64,000 bases of DNA from Chrysomallon squamiferum (taxonomy: Eukaryota; Animalia; Mollusca): assembly GCA_012295275.1 (NCBI GenBank), contig CM022676.1, positions 12,152,001-12,216,000 on the forward strand. Direction: 5' to 3'. Under the pieces are notes generated by a model, which worked only from the letters and a program-made list of their open reading frames with translations, had not been told where the DNA came from and made no database searches. The position numbers and the translations under genes are program-made. Shown here in pieces: positions 49,001-64,000 of the stretch. The number at the start of each line of letters is the position of its first letter. Position 1 is the stretch's first letter.

Positions 49001-51204
49001 GTCATATGTATACACATCTGCATTTGTGTATGTGTGTGTGGCTGTGTGTATCTGTACGTTATTGTACTTCACTTACAGTGTTCACTATTCTTGGATCTTC
49101 ATCTAAGAAGTGTAAAAATTTCAGTTCACAATCCTCCTCCAGGGGGCGATGAATGTCCCACGGTTGTCCATTAACCAGAGCAAGGGCAGATCGGGTCATC
49201 AGCAGTTCTTGAATGTCTGTGGTAATACACAGCCAGAGTTTAGATTTTAGTATGTGCAGATTAATCCAGACACAGCCAGAGTTTAGATTTTAATATGTGC
49301 AGATTAATCCAGACAAACCAGTTTAGATTTTAGTATGTGCAGATTTTTTGAGTATGTGCAGATTAATCCAGACACAGCCAGAGTTTAGATTTTAGTATGT
49401 GCAGATTAATCCAGACACAACCAGTTTAGATTTTAGTATGTGCAGATAATCCAGACACAGCCAGAGTTTTGATTTTAATATGTGCAGATTAATCCAGACA
49501 CAGCCAGAGTTTAGATTTTAGTATGTGCAGATTAATCCAGACACAGCCAGAGTTTAGATTTTAGTATGTGCAGATTAATCCAGACACAGCCAGAGTTTAG
49601 ATTTTAGTATGTGCAGATTAATCCAGACACAACCAGTTTAGATTTTAGTATGTGCAGATTAATCCAGACACAGCCAGAGTTTTGATTTTAATATGTGCAG
49701 ATTAATCCAGACACAGCCAGAGTTTAGATTTTAGTATGTGCAGATTAATCCAGTTTAGATTTTAGTATGTGCAGATTAATCCAGACATAACCAGTTTAGA
49801 TTTTAGTATGTGCAGATTAATCCAGACATAACCAGAGTTTAGATTTTAATATGTGCAGATTAATCCAGACATAACCAGAGTTTAGATTTTAATATGTGCA
49901 GATTAATCAAGACATAACCAGAGTTTAGATTTTAATATGTGCAGATTAATCCAGACATAACCAGAGTTTAGATTTTAATATGTGCAGATTAATCCAGACA
50001 TAACCAGAGTTTAGATTTTAATATGTGCAGATTAATCCAGACATAACCAGAGTTTATATTTTAGTATGTGCAGATTAATCAAGTTTAAATTTATAACAAA
50101 TATTTTTTTACATAACTCACACCAAAAAATTCAATTTTTTTTTTCTTCTAGGATGTGGTTTACAATCTTGTTACATTAATAAACTGAAGAAAGTAAGAAT
50201 TGAATTTTGAAACAGAAAATATTTCATAGAATTTATTATACAACAACTCTAATTATTTCACGTTTTAACTCATAACCTAAATAACAGATTTACTTTACAT
50301 TTTGTTGGGTTTTGTTTTGTTGTGTGTTAAAAAGTGATCGTTTATTAAAATACATATAACGAGTCATGACATTAACACGTGTATAATAATTTATATTATT
50401 TTTCTTTTTATTGCTTTGACAGATATGATAAACAACAGCCTACTATTAAGATGATATATTATTATTTATTCAGAAAATGTAGAATAACATATTTCTGTAT
50501 ATTTTAATATACGATTTTTCTCTCTACTTACGCATGGCGCAGTTGAATGGTGTTGATAAACCTTTGTTCATAATCAGTGTGCAGTCCTCAGGAGGCCCGA
50601 CATGGCGCACTTCGATCTTTTCTGTTCTTTTTATTAACGACAACTGTCGCTGTTTCTCAGCTTCAAACAAATCATTTCGTTTTCTTCTGAGTTTTTCATT
50701 TGACAACTGCCGGCCTTCACTGTAACAGCCTAGAATAACAACACATTATATATCTACAACTATTATTATTCAACTGATAAAGATTTCAGCTGTACTGAAT
50801 AATAATAATAATAATCATAATAATAATAATAATAATAATAGTTCTTAAAGCCTAATCAAATATTATTATTATTATTTCTTGTTGCTGTATTTTGTTTTAA
50901 ATTGGTTTCTAATTATATCTAGTGCAATTAAAAACAGTATCATTATAACTACATTAAAAGCAACTGTCAGCATCGTAAACTACGGTAAAGGTCATGGAAT
51001 AAATAAATTGTTCTTCAGACGTCAAATGGATTAAATAATGTTTTGCAATATTTGTGCAGTATTTTTGCAATTTATTTTAGTCATAAGTAATCGAATGCAA
51101 ACTCTTTTCTATATAAGCATATATCACTCACGCTGGCAAAGCCGTATACGTAAACTGTAATTAGCAGATCGTCTAAGGAAATTCTTAAACACGTTCGCAG
51201 CCAT
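46042..51204 (-). CDS. MRPL39: Mitochondrial ribosomal protein L39 (mL39), 9 exons, 335 aa
   Basis: Exons 51204-51132, 50729-50532, 49216-49077, 48614-48515, 48293-48232, 47897-47643, 47336-47262, 46617-46570, 46098-46042 (TGA); total 1008 nt. Motifs RNDLFEAEKQRQLSLIKRTEKIEVRHVG, MNKGLSTPFNCAMH, ALVNGQPWDIHRPL, AFWRSCSFILG, LYRMGDHVDISRGP and RVQGIALP match mL39 (ThrRS N-terminal-like). Confidence 0.95.
49227..50090. repeat. 43-bp tandem repeat, about 20 copies, abutting the MRPL39 exon-3 acceptor
   Basis: acacagccagagtttagattttagtatgtgcagattaatccag; minus-strand AG at 49218-49217. Confidence 0.95.
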
Positions 51205-51937
51205 TTTGGATAATCGGATGTAGTTTCAGTTACGTCCCTTAAATAAAGCAAACCCTTTAATGTAGCTAAAAGAACCGCGATACCCTTTCCTTTTCTTCGT
51301 TATTTCTTTTATTTCCATTAATATCTAACTAAGTTTTGTTATAAAAATAAATGTTAATGTATAAGCTTTTCTCACTGTGTTAATGAATTTTTTTATTAAG
51401 TTACAAAGAAAGTTCATCATATAAAAGAGCTGCTTTTTGTTGTATTTTTATTCTTATTATTATTTTATTTAAATTTTTATTTATATTTTTTATTTTTTAT
51501 TATTATTTTTTGTTTTGTTTATTGACATTTGTTTGTTTGTTTGTTACTTAGTTTTTATTTATAGATTATAGATTTAAAATTAAAATTATGTCAACTTCAT
51601 ACGGATTTTTAAACAAATTTTATATTTTTCTACATTTTAATATTTAAAGATTATATATGCAAACTTGTAATAAATTATCAATAACTCTATAATAGAGATT
51701 TATCTGAATTACTAACAATTATTATTTCATTACATAGCTTTCAGTAAAAAAACAATCATTATTCCATCTAGGATCATGGGGTTCATCACATTGATCAACT
51801 TCACCGGAAGTGCAGTTTGACGCAAACGCACACACCATGGTTACGAGAAGTAAATAATTTAATGTGTAGTTAAGATTTTCATAGAGCCAGTCTTATTTTA
51901 AATATTATTCGAATATTTTGGTACAGAAGAACTTAAT
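51195..51937. promoter_or_regulatory. Bidirectional promoter region MRPL39/CFAP45
   Basis: Divergent start codons about 730 bp apart. YY1-type GCCATTTT overlaps the MRPL39 ATG; ETS site ACCGGAAGTG at 51803-51812; TGACGCAA at about 51819; RFX X-box-like half site CCATGGTTAC at 51835-51844. Confidence 0.6.
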
Positions 51938-60888
<8,951 letters not shown>

Positions 60889-62822
60889 TTTAATTTCCAG
60901 CCCTGATGTCCTCTGTGATATATTTTTGCATTTTGTCTGTCCACTTGAGAACCATCTGAAACAAACATCAGTGTTTTAGAAAATATTGTTTCTTCCACTT
61001 CACCATTTTAGCATTAAAAAAAAAAAGAAAAAAAAAAAAGTATTTTCATTCAGTCTGAACTGAGAGTAACAATCAGTATTTTTAATAACATTGTTTTATT
61101 TATTTTAATCTGATAATGTGTATATATACACATTAATCCACCATTTTTATTTATTGTGCATTGTAAAAACATTGTTTATTATTAATGTTGATGTGAACCA
61201 AATTTTTAATGATCAGTTACTGTTTACCAGTTTGGTCAACCATAAAATGGAATTTAATGTGTCACATTTATTAATAATCAATTCTTTAGTCTCAATTTGT
61301 CTGCAAATAACAAAATGTCTGCTAAATGCATATTTCACTTGACTCATATCCTTCAAATTTCATAATTTAAAAATAAAATAAGCCACATGACATTTTGTGT
61401 GTAAGTATTGACAAAATTATTTATATGCTTAAACTTTGATAATCAAAAATTAAGATTAAATAAGCCACATGTTAATAACAAAATTATTTCAGTCCTCTAT
61501 CTGTGTTTGTTTGTAAACAATACTGTTGTGTTTTTAACATTTAATACATATTAATATTTTACAAGTGTCATATGGGTGATTTTTTAAAATATGTTTTTTT
61601 TTTTATTTTTCATGTTGACATACTGATTTGAAAATGTTTGTCCAGTAGTTGTGTATGTGGATGTGAGGATGTCCAGTGAGTTCACTGTTACACTGTTGTT
61701 TTTCATAGCTTAGTAGATTAAAAAAACATATTGGTCATCTAGGTTTGAGTAGGGCCTGGACTTTAAAAAATATAAGAAATTTATATATATATATTTTTTT
61801 TTTTCATTCTACTATAATAAAATAATTATTCATCTACATTATTTTTATTGCAGAATATTTTTACACTTGTTTCAGTAACTTGTATAAAATCAACAGCTTA
61901 AAAAACGAAATATTATTTCATTTATTTATTTGTTTATTCATTCATAGATTGTAAATATAATTTATAAAAACGAGGAAGTTAAAAGCTGTCAAAACAGAAC
62001 ACTCAGAAAGAAAAAAATAATAATTTGGGAATTTAATTATAAGAAACAATGTGTGTAAAATAAATTATTATTATGATTATTATTATTATTATTATCATTA
62101 TTAAATTAGAAGACTAAAGAAGTATTAGTATTGTGTATTAAGTGTACTATTATTTATTGCTATTTATATACATATATATTTGTGCTGAACATGAGAGGAG
62201 ATATTGTAAAAAGTATTATTCTACATGATACATTCACTCTGAAATGTTACAGAATGCTGTGTAAGAAGTGAAAATAATAAAACAATAAAAATATGTAAAC
62301 AAATTTTTGATTTTTATTATTTTTTTTTTTAAACATTTAAAAAAAATATTTTTGTGTTTTTGTTTGCATTAAATATCACATCAGGTGCAACTAAAGTGCA
62401 GAAAAGAGGAGATCTGGATCCCATCCTATCATAAAATGTAATAACTCTCTCTCTGACACACACACACACACACACGTCATTTCATACTTAAAACATATAG
62501 CTGACAACAGTAGCATTTTTAACGAACTGGACATATTTTGAACGGGATATATATATATTAAAAATTAAAAAATATGTAATCGAAAAACGACAATTACATT
62601 ATCATACTGATATCACTGACTCAGAAACTGAATTTTGTTAAACCTTTCCAATTTTATAATTTTTTTTAATTTTTTAAATTTAAATTTTTATTGTTGTTGT
62701 TGTTTTTATTTTTACTGAATTTACTTTCCTTTATAACCACTTAACCCTATTCGTTTATCATAAAATGAAACCAATTATAGAAGAATCTTTAAAACATAAT
62801 GACGATATTGATGAATTTATCG

Positions 62823-62858
<36 letters not shown>

Positions 62859-64000
62859 AATGCATTTGAATTATTAAAGTGCCGCCAACAATAAAGTTAT
62901 GATATGAAGCGGTCTACAACAAAGAGTATTAGCCATAGATTCGTAAACGTATTATTATTCAAGGATAGACCAATCCATCACGTCCACACATTTCCTGTAA
63001 GAACTCAGTTCATTGTTTTTTAACACAAAGACGATGTTGTAAGTTATCGACAGGTAGCGTCTTTAGGTAAGATGTCAATAGGTGACGTTGTAAAGTACTT
63101 GTATCGCTACGCGGTTTGACGAACAAAAACGATAAAATAAATGTAGGATTAACGCTTGACTGCAATAAGTATTATGCATTTTTTGTGATGGAATGATTTG
63201 TTCTATTATATCAACTCAGGACTGAAAGAAACAATAATTCAAGGTTAATAAGAACTGTTCAGTGTGTAATCATGGCTGCAATTCAAATATTCGCACTTGA
63301 AAACACTTCACTTCTATTTCCACTTGTTTATATGTCGTCTGCCATCAGCTTAAGTAATTTAGAACATTGACCTTTTACATGCAGTTACTTATTTATTTGT
63401 TTAGTTATAACAAGTATACTATGTTTTATTTCATTATAATATTTATATATTATATTACTTAAAACAAGTATATTAAGTTTCATTTATATAGAATATTTAT
63501 ATTTTCCCCTGAAAATGTACATTTTTATTATGGTTGTCTCCCATTTGTTACACAGGAAGCTTAGGAATTAATTAAGAAAATTCTTATAATATTAATGGAA
63601 TAGTTACTGGCTGAACGCATTTGTATACTGATATAAGCTGTAATCTATGTCCTCGTACCACGTGTGTATCATCCACGTATTCTAAACGTGATATGATAAT
63701 TCCTGTTATCATGTTATGTGACTAAATTTATAACAACTGCATGTGAAAGTATGTTTCTGTTCTTGTTTCTTAATTGCTAGTAGCGGTTTTCTTTATTATT
63801 CCCTAATGTACACGAAAGATGGGTCCATTGTTCCATACTGGGTAGACGGCATAAGATCAGCAGTTCACTCAGCCATGACCTGTGTTTTAATAAGGTGTGC
63901 GATTAATGGGAGAATACCGCTGGGTCATTGTACGTTACTTTAGAATATATTTTTCTTAAAACACATTCCACATTTCTACCTTTTTGTTAGATAAGTTAAG

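Noticed and set aside
62820-63960. Poly(A) tract, CpG-richer patch and ORF 63743..63943 as a gene or retrocopy
   Set aside because: No recognisable protein, target-site duplication or convincing splice pair; it may belong to a feature continuing beyond the window.

Overview
AT-rich, intron-rich metazoan genomic DNA (an invertebrate; mollusc-like is only an inference). All gene models were traced by hand from GT-AG sites and exon phases. The window holds: (1) at 1-5573 (+), the 3' part of a compact, frame-intact paralog of a TTC3/DZIP3-type RING-H2 E3 ligase; (2) at 13740-42576 (+), a full-length TTC3-like gene with 36 coding exons (TPRs, TTC3 Cys-rich domain, coiled coil, RING-H2) and an apparent +1 frameshift near 33.73 kb; (3) MRPL39 (-, 51204-46042); (4) CFAP45 (+, 51938-60888), head-to-head with MRPL39 and carrying two homologous terminal exons. 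Relics of hAT-, Kolobok/Mutator-like and Tc1/mariner DNA transposons are also present. The most striking unexplained pattern is that at least 20 unrelated intronic tandem arrays start or end at a splice site, and many of them duplicate the splice site plus adjacent exon bases. The two TTC3 copies show these arrays differing in presence and copy number since the duplication. Most entries in the ORF track are artefacts of simple repeats.
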